Part shown: piece by piece, positions 49,410-61,403 of the stretch
Position numbering within the stretch: the first letter of the stretch is position 1
How the letters are laid out: each line of letters starts with the position of its first letter
Translations under genes and position numbers: made by a program
DNA from: Curvularia clavata
Lineage: Eukaryota
Assembly (NCBI GenBank): GCA_023920165.1
Contig: CP089277.1
Location: 1,364,001-1,428,000, forward strand
DNA: 64,000 bases
Reading direction: 5' to 3'
The notes under the pieces: generated by a model
Databases searched by the model: none
What the model was told of the DNA's origin: nothing
Seen by the model: the letters and a program-made list of their open reading frames with translations, nothing else

Positions 49410-52370
49410 CTAACAAAAGCTTAGCTCGTCTTCGCTTTCATCTTCACTATCTTGCTCCACAGTCTGTATCTTACTGCCCCGAGCCGATCTCTTTTGAGAA
49501 CCGGAAGCTGGCGCAGAGTGACGAGGTCTGATGGAGCGCTTTTGTACCTGTTGTTTTATTCGTGGGACGAGGCGCGGCCGAGCAGGTGTTTTGCCGAGTT
49601 CGTCGCGATCAGAGGCATCAGCATCATGATCAGTAGTAGCATGTGTACTGGTACTGGAAGAGTGGTTTGAAGTACGTGTTGAGGCCTGTTTTCTCGAGGG
49701 GCAGGAAGAAGATCGTGTGCTCGTGCGGTGCGTATACTCTATCTGTTCCGAGTCGGTCTCCGAGTCGTGCTCAGATGGACTTGATGCTACCGTATCGGTA
49801 GCACTGGTCTCGGGGTCGATCTCAAGGTCCAATACGGGTTCAGTATAAACTGGTCTCTTGACATCACGCAGCCCGCTTTCCAATGATGCTCTCGAGCGCC
49901 GAGCTCGCGAGGCTAGAGTATTGGTTTCATGGTGGGATCGACCTGAACGTCTAGAGCCACTCCCCCTCTCTCCAGGTAGCTCAGCATAGAATATGACAGG
50001 CGGCGTGTCTGGGGGCGTCATGTGGGCTCGTTTTACAGGTATAATGACCTTTGGTGATGGCGGGCGAGCACGTTTTCCTAGTGAGGATGTGAAAACACGC
50101 TGTCTCCTCATGATGGGCGACGATTGCGGAACTGCATCATTCTCATCTTCAGAGTCAAATGTGGTGGCTTCCCATGCTGGGGTGTCTGGAGCGCTGCGAG
50201 AGAGGTGTTCCTCAGCTTCAGACGCATCGTCTTTCTCTTCTTCTGACTGAACAGGTGTAGGAAGCAGCTCTAGAGCTCGCACTGAGCTGGGAATTTGCTG
50301 TTTGGGGTTTTGCTTCACAAATGGTGTGCAGGTAACCCATTCACCAATGCCTTCTTCCCATCTGAAGCCACCACTAATCGCTGGAGAATCATTTTTTGAT
50401 GGTGATTGTGTGATCATTAAGCGGCCCTGTGTTTGCATCTTCCTCTCGATGTCGTGTGCATATGCCATGTGCTCAGCATCGCCCGTGCTGTGAGCAAACT
50501 CCATTGCGGACTCTAATGCGAGCCTCTTTAGTGTCCACAGCTTGTGCGGTAGGCGGCAACCAGATGCTGACATCAGTACCGTGACAAAGCGTTGTAGTTG
50601 ATCGAACCCATCATCTTGCCATATACGACCAGTTCCACGTGCTGTGGATGAGATCAAGGATGGCAGTTGAGTAAGTATCGATGCGAAGTTGACGTCTTTG
50701 GATGAATATTGCGAGGCTATCCAATTGATAATGCCGATACAGCTGGGGGTATTGAGAATCATTACTGCCGAATGGCCTAGACTACCTTCGAGGTGCAACA
50801 GACATGATGCAAAAGTTATGCAAATGCCGCGCTGCGCCATTACTTGAGCGTCATTCAAGTCTGGATTGAGAAGATCGAGCTCGTCCTGAACATCCTGGCG
50901 AGTCGCAATGGTTACAACAACCGTATCCAGAACACGACTGACCCGCTGTGCGGCCATCTGACCCTGGTTGTCATTGCGAGAGCTGTTGACTAATGCGATA
51001 CTGCACAAAACAGTTAGAAGACTTGAAAATGTAGTATCAAGAGCTTGTCGGAGTTCTGCCCGTGACGATGGCGTAAAGTGCCTGGAAATAGATCCAGTGA
51101 CCTCATCTTCCAGCAACCGAGGATCAGGTAAACCCATGCTTGCAAGTGTAATCGTCTCAAAGAACCGATAAACACTTGGCACAACGCGGCGATCGTTCTC
51201 GGTGATACTTCGTACAAGCCGATCCCAAACAGGGCGCATGCTGTCGGTTGCCAGCCATTCCAGTGGCAATAGCTCAAGAGCGACCATATGCTCTAGCAAA
51301 TCGTAAAGCAGACGATGACGCCCAGTGTAGTGAACAAAATTCTTCACCGCGTGTAAAAAGGGCGACTTCTGTGAGTCAAATAAATCAGCCCGTGTGTTGA
51401 TGGGCATTGTTACACAGTCCAAAAGGGGAGCATAAGCCAGGAGTAGTTGCTCCGCCTCGTCCCACGCACGCGCGTTCAAGCAGTGAGTAATGAGTATCAG
51501 CGTGTGCTTAAGGCCTAGTATCTCATCGGAAATGGCGTTGCAAATCAACGTTGTGGCATGTGTTCGGACGACCTGCCGAAATGGACGCCAGCCATGCCCG
51601 GGAGCTTGTTCAAAGTGCGTCTCCAGCTGCTCGTATATCTCATTTGCGATATCTCGATCTTCTTCCTCAGCTTCTTTGTCAAGTCTGTCCACCTCCGCAA
51701 AATACTCCTCAAGTTCGATGTAAGCTGGAAGCTTCCTCAAACAAACGCCCATGAGCGATCTTGTCCCGTTCCTTCTTGTGTCGCCGCCTGTTGAGGTAGC
51801 CTGGAGCAGATTCGCGTAAGCCTCCAGAGAGCCTTGGACGAGTTTGTGAACATCCCCAGGTATGTCTGTAGCAGGAGGTGCAACAGTGACCAGGAGCGGG
51901 CCTCGATTCTTCGCAGTCTTCCGTATCGGTGATATTGGTATCTGCGGACTACTGTGAAAGTGTCCGCTCATCCTCGAGATCAAGGGCGTGAATGCAATTT
52001 CGCCTGGCCGGGAGACATTGGTGCTGGTAGTGGCTATATTCGAGCCGTCTCTCTGCGGCACTGGCCTACCCCTTCCTCGCATGCCATATGTAGTCTTCTT
52101 AGCCGCCCCCGACTTGCCATCCGGCTTCCAATCTGGATCTGCAGCCTTCTCGAAACCTCTTGGTTTGTGGGCCGGTCGCGTGAAGTTGGTCGTTTTGTGG
52201 GGAGAGCCTTTGGTCGCAAATGCAGAGGAGACATTTCGTGTCTCAGCGGATATACATTGCGGTCGTTCGAGCTCTTTACGCAGCTTCGTGAGTTTGGAGG
52301 AGAGTGGTCGAAGGAGCCGGTTGCATCGCGACGTGGTCCAGGGCAGGGTGTCGTCGGTTGACATGACCAT
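49410..52370 (-). CDS. Large hypothetical protein (986 aa): helical core with disordered S/T-P-rich termini
   Basis: Uninterrupted ~3-kb ORF with motif-like segments PWTTSRCNRLLRPL and FRWEEGIGEWV. No family recognised. Confidence 0.8.
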   Translation of the reverse strand: MVMSTDDTLPWTTSRCNRLLRPLSSKLTKLRKELERPQCISAETRNVSSAFATKGSPHKTTNFTRPAHKPRGFEKAADPDWKPDGKSGAAKKTTYGMRGRGRPVPQRDGSNIATTSTNVSRPGEIAFTPLISRMSGHFHSSPQIPISPIRKTAKNRGPLLVTVAPPATDIPGDVHKLVQGSLEAYANLLQATSTGGDTRRNGTRSLMGVCLRKLPAYIELEEYFAEVDRLDKEAEEEDRDIANEIYEQLETHFEQAPGHGWRPFRQVVRTHATTLICNAISDEILGLKHTLILITHCLNARAWDEAEQLLLAYAPLLDCVTMPINTRADLFDSQKSPFLHAVKNFVHYTGRHRLLYDLLEHMVALELLPLEWLATDSMRPVWDRLVRSITENDRRVVPSVYRFFETITLASMGLPDPRLLEDEVTGSISRHFTPSSRAELRQALDTTFSSLLTVLCSIALVNSSRNDNQGQMAAQRVSRVLDTVVVTIATRQDVQDELDLLNPDLNDAQVMAQRGICITFASCLLHLEGSLGHSAVMILNTPSCIGIINWIASQYSSKDVNFASILTQLPSLISSTARGTGRIWQDDGFDQLQRFVTVLMSASGCRLPHKLWTLKRLALESAMEFAHSTGDAEHMAYAHDIERKMQTQGRLMITQSPSKNDSPAISGGFRWEEGIGEWVTCTPFVKQNPKQQIPSSVRALELLPTPVQSEEEKDDASEAEEHLSRSAPDTPAWEATTFDSEDENDAVPQSSPIMRRQRVFTSSLGKRARPPSPKVIIPVKRAHMTPPDTPPVIFYAELPGERGSGSRRSGRSHHETNTLASRARRSRASLESGLRDVKRPVYTEPVLDLEIDPETSATDTVASSPSEHDSETDSEQIEYTHRTSTRSSSCPSRKQASTRTSNHSSSTSTHATTDHDADASDRDELGKTPARPRLVPRIKQQVQKRSIRPRHSAPASGSQKRSARGSKIQTVEQDSEDESEDELSFC

Positions 52371-55300
52371 AATTATAATGATTGATGCATGTGGAATCGA
52401 TGGTCGTGGAAGAGCTGTTGGTTGTAGAATATGCTATGCTGTGCTACTTGGGTGTGTTGTCGACGTGAGGTTCATTGTTTGTTTGTTTAACCTCGTCGGT
52501 GGTCGGCGTTAAGCACGCGTTGCCTCCGCGCTACTAGCTCATCTATATGCACATCGCAGCTTATTCAAAAAGTGTCGCATACCAAGTCACGATTGTGAAA
52601 GACGTATGGTTTCAGCTTGTTTGCTCCATTGCAGTGTGACATCTTGTCTAACTTTTGTCCGCATTGCCTTACAATGCGACAGGTTTGCTACGTTCAAAGC
52701 GAGCCGTAGGAACAAGCCGATCAATTGAGGCTCTGGTAATATAACAGCCCGATGTTTGTTAAGGACCAGGATCCGGCACATGGATTGGGTCCCGCAACGT
52801 ACACTTACAGAACATACGTGCATTCGCGGACACCAGCAACTTGATCCTCGGAGCAAGCTGAATATGGACTTGACAATTTAGTAATTCAGCGCCTTGTTCT
52901 GTCAGACAACACAGCCTACAATCAAAATAGACAAAGGAGCCCCGGGCTTGGGGAGCTGGGCGGAACCCAGTATGCCGTGTCTTGCATGTCATCGTCCAAG
53001 TACGCCGAGCGTATTCAAAGGACCGGACCCGCGACCGTGGAGACGATCTGGTAAGAGGGCCGAAAACACTCTTAGCATCGAACCATCTAATTGGGATCAT
53101 ATTACTCATGCTTACGACATAGAACGCAAAAGCAAATCCTCGTGTATACCAAGCATTTTTGCGCGTTTCGGCTGATGTCTATGTATAACCAGAAGGCCAG
53201 GACATCACACACGAGATGCAGGTGTGGTAGTTGCATTGGCCATTCTGTCTGCCAAGCTCAGGTAATGCCGATGGCCGACGCGCACTTGAGCCTTGATGTT
53301 CTTTTGGTTCTACCATAATAATACGGCGCCTATTTTAGATTGCGCATGGCCACTGATCTGCACATGCAGGAACCACGCGAAAAGGCAAGGGTTGGGGCGC
53401 GGCGCCAATCCTCGAATCCTCGTCACTGGCTGGTAAGCGAAATAGAGAGCAGCAAGGAAAACAAAAAAGAGATTGCGCATTGTGGATCGTACCCGAGCTG
53501 CGGTCTAGACAATACATCAAGAGCGGCATGAATAGACTAAATTGGCCCCGGTGCTGGGCATGTACTAAGTGTTTGTTGACTCGAATGGCGGCTCGCTGTG
53601 GTGGAGGGCGGAAGGCCAAACACCAAAGGGAGGTGCCCGTCGCAACTTGCGTGGCTGGTGTGGACAGCACCAACTGCCGGCGAACATCAGGCCTACGTCA
53701 GCGCCTGGTGTGCGTCGCGTGTGGGAGGCCATGTAGGGAACCCGTGGGTGGAGAGTGGTTGCAATTCAAAACGCAGAAGGAATTTGGGAGCCGCCCGTCT
53801 CTGAAACGGGAGGCTTCTGAAGGAACGGTTGAAGAAGTTTCGAGAGCGTGGGGCGAAGGCCGGCACACGTCATTTGCTTGAAACGATGGCTTCACGGGAT
53901 TCCTAGTAATGACATTCCAAGGGCCGTCTTGTTTGTGCGGAGAATCCGCCATTGGCCGTTGGGAGCTGTGACTTTGACAGGTATGGGTAGGGCTGCAGAG
54001 GAGGAGCTTGGGTGCTGTTGTCATTGCTGTCTTGACAAGACTGCATTGATGTTGAGTGCAATATCTTCAATGTATAGCGAAGAAGAAACTTTCCGAACCA
54101 AAGTTCATATCGAAAGCGGCCACTTGTGAGTAAAGTTTGCTTTTTCCGTCACTGGAGGCAGGTGGCGACCATTACTCCGCCAATAAGTCTATGTGCAGGT
54201 TGGGGCGAAACCTACCCTGCACACCTCCTAAATGAGTGTTGAATTTGCGGTGAATGAGTATACGGGGTCGAGGAGGGACGTCCTCAACCGTGCACATTTG
54301 CATTTGGAAGATGTGGTTGATGGCATGACGGAATAACAGTTGGTAGCAGTGGTGCCACTACCGCATGGATACTTGGGCCGTCAAGGTCAATCCACGTCAC
54401 ACGGGGCGGAGGACGCGACAATGCTGTAGAATGCGAGTCGTCTGAGAGAAATACGGTTGGTGCGGGGCTTGCTTGCGCAGGGGCTTCTCCAAGCAGGCGT
54501 TTATCTGAATCGTATGCAGTGCCTAGTGAACAAGCGGCCGCGGTGGATTGACGGGTACCAGAAGCTGGGCTGCTGGGATCGGACAGAAGATATCATCGAT
54601 CAAAAGAGGCTTGGACTCTTTGCTGGACGGAAGAACAGGCGCGGCGATTTATGCGGGACCTGGAATCGATCAGTTTCGGAGTGGGCATGGCCAGGGCGCC
54701 GGCTGTGCAATTCATGCATGCCCCCAACAGCCACGATAGCAGGTCGGCCGTCTAGGTGACGGACCGACTGTTTAGCAGCGTTGACAAGCAGACGAAAGGA
54801 AGGAAGCTCAACGCAAATGTGCTGTATGTACAAAGTAGTAGCGCGGGCGGTAGTATGGGGAGAGAAGGGGGGCGGTTGGGTAGTGGCGTCCGGCTTGGGA
54901 GCCGTGGGCTGCGGTAGCGTGTGGTACGACGACGACTAAGAGCTTGATCTGGCGAACGGGAGGATGGAGGCCGTTGCACGGCGGCCGTTATACCGCAAAG
55001 AGATGTTGCGGAGACGGAGGGTCGTGGATAGATGACGACGGCTGTGCCCAGACAGCGAAGGGTGACGGGGATGACAGGCCGAGGCATTGCCCGTCCGGCT
55101 GGCGTGCGTCAGGAACCGCGTGCACACGCACACACACACGATGTCGGCGGCGATAGCAGTAGGGTGGTGAATTGTTTGGAGGCGGTCGGGCGCCCAAGGC
55201 AAGGCGCGTCGAGTGACGCAAAGCAGAGGATTGGCTCGGAGCCATGAAACAGGCTTGTCAGCTTCTTGTTCGCCTGTGGCGCTGGATGGGCGCGCCATGC

Positions 55301-55951
55301 CGTTTCAGCATCGGGGGCCCTGGGTGGGTACGCCAGGCATACCCCGGCCAGCTGCGCCAGGCCTGCCCTCCAATCCAGACGCCGCAGCACCAGCAATAAT
55401 CAAAGCCAGCATCCTCCCTATCCTTTTATCCACCACCCTCCACGCGTGCAGTCGCCCTTCTTTCCCCTCCGCCCCGCCCCCTTCACTCGCTCAAACCTAC
55501 CTGTCACTCTTTTATCGCCGTGGTCCCGCCTGGCTCTTCTTCTCTTCGTCCCAACCCGCGTGCTAGGTCTCGCCTCTCCGCCGGCTCTTCATCATACCTA
55601 CATACATCCCCTGGTTGGGCGACTCTCCCACACCCCCGACTATATCAGTGCAGCTTATCCTCGCTGCATCCGGACTCGAGTCGATCTCCAGTGCAGATTA
55701 ACCTCGCCTGATCCGGCCACTGTCAACTCCGTCACTGTACTTCGGTCCTGCACCCCAACCCGGTCGCCTCAATCTACTCAACCTTCAGATTGGTCTCGCC
55801 CCTCTCTTTCTGGACAAAGTGCCCTTGACCTTGCTTCTGCTTTTACCCATCTGTCGATTGCTGGTCAAGACAGAGTCCACTCACTACATATCGTCATCTC
55901 CCTCTGTTCTTGCCCCCCAATCAACCTCCCACTCCGTCTTGAACTTCAACC

Positions 55952-57914
55952 ATGTCTTCTGTCATGGAAGCCGTCAGCGGCCTCTCCAAGCGCGCCGGAC
56001 ATGGAGAAGAGGACCCCACTGCTGGAATTGAGAACATGGACGTCCAGCACTACCTCGGAAACATCTGGTGGATCATCGTTGTCGTCTTCTTCCTCTACCA
56101 GGTCATTCTGTACTTTGTCCGCTATATCCGCACCGTCACCTGCCTGAACAACGAGACCCAGCGCTACTTCGCCGTTCCCAACCGCACTTATGCCGCCTTC
56201 AAGAAGCACTGCCTTGACGCTCCTCTCTTCCGCACCCGCCACCACCGCGAGTTCAAGCTTTCGTCTGCCATTGGCGTTGGAACCCTTCCCAGCCGCCTGC
56301 AAAGCTTCTTCCTTGTCGGCTACTTTGCCGTCAATATTGGCTTCTGCGTGTGGAAGATTGACTACAGCAGCTTTGCTGCCGGCGCCGGTGAACTCCTCAG
56401 CCGATCTGGTATCATGGCCGTCATCAACATGATTCCCCTGTTCCTGCTTGCTGGCCGCAACAACCCCATCATCAAGCTCACTGGCATCTCTTTTGACACC
56501 ATGAACCTCATCCACCGCTGGTTTGGACGCATCGTCATCCTCGAGGCTGTTGCACACACTGTTTGCTGGATGGCCAACAAGGTCCACAGCAGTAAGTACA
56601 TAGCGACCAGAATTACGAGACTGCGTTACTAACACATCTACAGAGGGCTGGGGCGCTGTTCAGGCCTCCATCACCCAGAGTGAATTCATCATGTCCGGTT
56701 TCATTGTAGGTTTTGCGTGCGACTTGTCACAGCCATGACTAACACACCCAGGGAACTGTTGCATTTGTATTCCTTCTGATTCAGTCTCCATCGCCCATCC
56801 GCCATTCCTTTTACGAGGTTTTCTTGCATGGCCACATTGTCGGTGCTGCTCTCTCGCTTGGCGCCGTCTGGGTCCATCTCAAGGACCGCGAACAGCAGCG
56901 CATGCTCTACGGAGTCATCGCTCTCTGGGCCATGGAGCGTGCCTGGAGGTTTGTCCGTATCGTCACGCGCAACATTGGAAACGGCGGTACTGGCTGCGAT
57001 GTTGAAGTGCTTCCTGGTGACGCCCTCCGCGTAACCGTTCGCATGGCCCGCCCGTGGACATTCCGCCCTGGTCAGCACGCATACCTGTACATTCCGTCCG
57101 TCGGACTCTGGACCAACCACCCATTCTCTATCGCTTGGAGCGAGGAGGAAGAGGACCTTACTATTGGCTCTTCCATGGCCGACGAGAAGGGACTTCCCAT
57201 GAACCGCCAAGACATCCTCGAGCACCACAAGACCAGCATGTCTTTCATCATCCGCCGCCGAACAGGTTTTACCGACAAGCTATTCAAGAAGGCCGACCTC
57301 TCCGCTGCCGGCAGATTCTCTTGCTCGGCATATGTTGAGGGTCCATATGGTAAGCCTAGAATCCTGTTTTCCTTTGCTTCTTGCAATTTCCCGTATATTA
57401 ACCTAATATTGCCGAGTCATGCTAACGTGAACTTATAGGTGGTGAGGACCTTAGCTCCTACGGCACAGTGATGCTTTGGGCTGCTGGTATCGGTATCACG
57501 CACCAGGTTCCCCATGTGCGTGATATTGTTGCTGGTTACGCAAACGGCACTGTCGCTACTCGTCGCCTTACCCTTGTATGGATCATTCAGTCGCCTGAGC
57601 ACCTTGAGTGGATCCGCACATGGATGACCCAGATCCTGTCCATGCCACGTCGTCGCGAGATCCTCAAGATCCTTCTCTTCGTCACCCGCCCACGTAGCAC
57701 CAAGGAGATCCACTCGCCCTCCTCCAGCGTCCAAATGTTCCCCGGTCGACCCAATGTCCAGGCCCTTGTCGACCAAGAGATGCAAGAGGGTATTGGTGCT
57801 GCTTGCGTCAGCACGTGCGGTACTGGTGGGCTAGCTGATGAGCTTCGCCGCGCCGTCCGCAACCGCGAGACCCAGTGGAATGTTGACTTCCGCGAGGAGT
57901 CTTTCTCGTGGTAG
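55952..57914 (+). CDS. Ferric/cupric reductase (FRE family flavocytochrome, ~591 aa)
   Basis: LAGRNNP, heme-ligand helices NLIHRWFGR...AVAHT and YEVFLHGH, FAD motif HPFS, VEGPYG, AAGIGIT and EESFSW. Introns 56592..56643, 56706..56751 and 57350..57438. Confidence 0.93.
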
Positions 57915-60160
57915 ACACATCACGCCGTCTCTGATTACAACCTTTTTGGCAAACAATGTTTCCCATTATGCGTCTCTACCTTGATTGTTGAAATTTCGCT
58001 CATGTTTTGGAAAGACCAACGTCGGATGCAAAAAGGATACATGCCACTTCGCTGTATACATTAGTTTCCTTTCGTACCATATCATCCCCTGATCTGGTCT
58101 TTTTTCCCCACACTCCTTTTAAATTATCCTGCGGAGCAGGCACGAAGACAACACATGTGGTAGGGCTGGGGCGCCCAAGTACGGCTAATGGTTAGCTATC
58201 AATCCAATTCCGTCACCACTATGATTATTTATCAGCGCGGCGATACTTATCTGGCGTTTTAAGAGGGGTGTTTCTATTGATTGTACATATCGGTATCAAT
58301 ACCAATCCATGACCCACAGGATGCATGACCGATCACTGCAAACACCTCTTGATGATTCCCCTGTGTACTGCTTTCTGACTCCTGTAGCGATCATAAACAC
58401 TATTCCATTCCTCACGGTAGAGTTGTCCATTGCCACAGTAAACTCAACACACTAGTCGTGAAAAAACCTCCACACCGGTACCGAATTTCTTGGGGGGGCA
58501 AACGCTAACCGCCCACTTACGCGTCCACATTTCTTAGTTTACTAGGAGTACGTGCGTGACCGTTGCTGAAACAAAATGTTTTCTAGCATTCCACCCGCTC
58601 GCTCGCTCGCCGTAAGCTGCCGTAGCTTCGGACTTCCTCACACTTGGCAAACGCCCAGCGCCACGCCCTTATCCACTGTCTCAGATCACCCGTTGGCAAT
58701 CAAGCGCCTGGCTATACGTGCCTTGGCGTTTAACTTTCTATACACTGAGACAAACACACCGACCTCTGTTTCCTTTTAGACAACGGCCCGGCTTGTTTCA
58801 GCCAGAACCTGCTATCTGCCCTTTTTTGTTTGTCCACACCACCATGAACACGTACCCCCTTGATAAGCGGGACCCCCGCGAGTTTCTATCTTGGCATCCG
58901 CAGGGTACGTGGAGAAGGGAGCGTGCGCAAACTATCAGGTTTGTGGGTTGCTCAACTATACATGATACCAGAAAAGCATATAGGGTTTTCTGAACAACAC
59001 ATTTTATTTTCTCCAACTTAGTAGCACAGATAGAGTTCTATTTCTAAACATAGGAGATTTTTGTTTTGCGGTAAGGTTGTCTACACACGTTGATGTTGCG
59101 ATGTACATACGGACGTGTGTAGATACATGCATACTTACAAGGGGCTTTTTTAATGCGACGGTGCTAAACAGTCGGTACCGAGTTTTGTATGCCGATGTAC
59201 ACGTACCTGGCGGACTTGGAAAAAAACCTTTCTTAGTTTCAGATCGGCACCGTCTGTCATCTGCCGAAGGAATAGAATTTGACCATGGTGGTGGCGTAGG
59301 TGTTATACATCCGTATGGAATACTCTGGTGAAGGCTACGTCTTGTGCCTACGCTAGGTTTTGTGGAACTCCGGCTGGTTAATCGGGAAATGCTGCGTACA
59401 GACCGAGCCTGTCCGATTGTGTACGATGGTTTCCGAGGCGTGTTGTATCACGCGGCGTGTGCGAGTGCTGCAGTCCGTGTCTGTCGGTCTTGCTGCCGCA
59501 TACCAAAAGGGATGTAGCTGTCTGCGCGTAACCACGCACCCGGCTAGAAAAAAGATATCTACGTACGTAGGAAGCACAGAGTATGATCACATGGAGCGAA
59601 CCGGTGTCAATTCATGATAAATTCCCTTGTTATAACTGAGGCAGATATTAGTCGAAGCTGTCAACTACAGTTTGGTCTTTGATCGATGATTCATGGTCCA
59701 GATCGCATCTGATCACACCATTCCAGTTCTCGCGATCGAGGTTGCTATTAACGAGGAGTCTTCCTGTTTTCCTACCCCAACCGTGCGCTCCCTGTCTCTT
59801 CGCGTAGGTAAACAATATCGCGTTGCAGGAAGAACCTGGGTGCAGCACCTCGGTTAAATAACAACGACGTGGAAGCCACGTTATCTACAAATTATTGAAG
59901 TTTGTATGGTTGCTGGGCAATCTATAGAAGGGCCGTTAAGGTAAACATGGGTAGGATGTACTTTACGGATAGGCAATCTATTATGCTCTGGCAGATAAGG
60001 TTAAAGGCCCAGAACATGACGTGCTCCGTTGCTGCACGACAAATCTTGCGTAACACCCTCCAGGCCCGGAAAAAATTGACTTGCATGTGAAATCCGCAAT
60101 GCTTGTTGATATCATCCTACGCACGTAAAGTCAAGCAAAGTGTTATCAGACTCTTGCAAA

Positions 60161-60999
60161 CTAAACCGCCTCTGGACTTTGATGTGTAGCAGCCTCTTCC
60201 ATCTCCAGCCTCCTCTGGATTCCCTCCCACCCCCTCCTAACCACATCCGCCATGGCTTCACCCATGATATACCCTTGCGACAACTTCTTCACCGCATCCT
60301 CTACACTGCATAACTCGCTCTTGAATTGCCTCTCCATTTCATCCACACCCGTGTTCTCGTGATGTCTAGGCTCGTATCCCTGCGGCTCCTGCGCAATCCT
60401 TTCCTTAAATGATAGATTCTTCGGGTACGGTGGTGGCGCCCTATATGGTGCTCCAGGCGGTGTCTCTAGACCTTCTTCGAGAGACGGAGGCAATGTCTCC
60501 GAGATGTACCAATACACCACGTACTGGTATCTGCGCAGGGGCATCAATTGCATTAGGACTGGTTCGGCAGTATAGCTTGGAGCATGGATGCGGGGATGAG
60601 CTTGTGGCTGGCAGTGTCGCGTGGGCAACGGAAGGAGCCGATTTCTGTATCCAGACTATGTGTACAAAGCTTTTTGTCAGCTTCCAAGTCCTGCATGCAA
60701 CTGGGTCATTGATTCCTTGGTTAGGAGTCCTGGGAGAGGAGGCAAAGAGACAGAGTTTCGCCATTTGGACGTACCTCTTCGTACCCTTCTCGCTCTGCAC
60801 CGACTCCACTTTCCTCGCCTGCATCGCGTCGCCCTTTAGGCAGAAAGTATACTCTACGCCCTTTCGATTCGTAGCTACAGAGTACCACGCGCCCCGTTGC
60901 AAGATGGAAAATTGCTACACCTCCACCGAGCATAAATGATGCACTATCAAATTGCGCAGTTATAGGCTGGGAGGTGTATATAGTGCTGCTGCTTGACAT
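60161..60999 (-). CDS. Nudix hydrolase (~239 aa)
   Basis: Nudix box FLPKGRRDAGEESGVGAEREGYEE|SGY restored across intron 60774..60656. Confidence 0.88.
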
Positions 61000-61320
61000 C
61001 TTGTGATATTCGTAAGGTTTTTATACAGGAGCTATAGTGCAGGAAAATCGGTTGTAATAGATGAGAACATGCAAATGATGACGGTTAGGCTATTTCAGTA
61101 GTGGAGAGAGAGAAGCCTGGTATTAGGCAATAGCTTAGTAACAGGAAGGCCATGGTTTGAGGCTATCGATGGTGAGGTGTTACACTCGCGTCGCACTGGG
61201 GAAAAGGGCATAGTGGGGCAGTGACGTGGGTGTACCTAGCAGTTGTCTTCTTTCGCCTCAGTCATCATTAACGCATATAATATCAACATAATCCGAATTT
61301 CCACCATCAATACAACAACA

Positions 61321-61403
61321 GGCCTAATGGCCCAATGGCAAGGCGCTTGACTACGATTCAGTTCGATATCAAGAGATTCCAGGTTCGACCCCTGGTTAGG
61401 TCA
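61321..61403 (+). tRNA. tRNA-Arg(ACG) with 11-nt intron
   Basis: Acceptor stem GGCCTAA/TTAGGTC, anticodon stem CTTGA/TCAAG, ACG at 61353-61355, intron 61357..61367 at the canonical 37/38 position, T-arm CCAGG-TTCGACC-CCTGG, and an oligo-T Pol III terminator at ~61405-61413. Confidence 0.93.

Noticed and set aside
55266..56147. 293-aa ORF overlapping the ferric reductase 5' end
   Set aside because: It has a non-ATG start and a different frame, and runs through low-complexity C/T-rich leader sequence.
58242..58256. ATACTTATCTGGC resembles the U1 snRNA 5' end
   Set aside because: There is a mismatch in the splice-site-pairing ACTTACCTG, and no recognisable U1 loop I/II or Sm site follows.
58981..58987. 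TAGGGTT as a telomerase RNA template on the minus strand
   Set aside because: It gives only 7 nt (AACCCTA), short of the ~1.5 repeats expected, and I see no supporting pseudoknot.
60146..60163. Stop-codon readthrough of the Nudix gene would end in -ARV, and of the YWTD gene (62486-62572) in -SRV
   Set aside because: The stop contexts (TAG TTT, TAG ATA) are not the leaky TGA-CTA type, and ARV/SRV are weak PTS1 variants.
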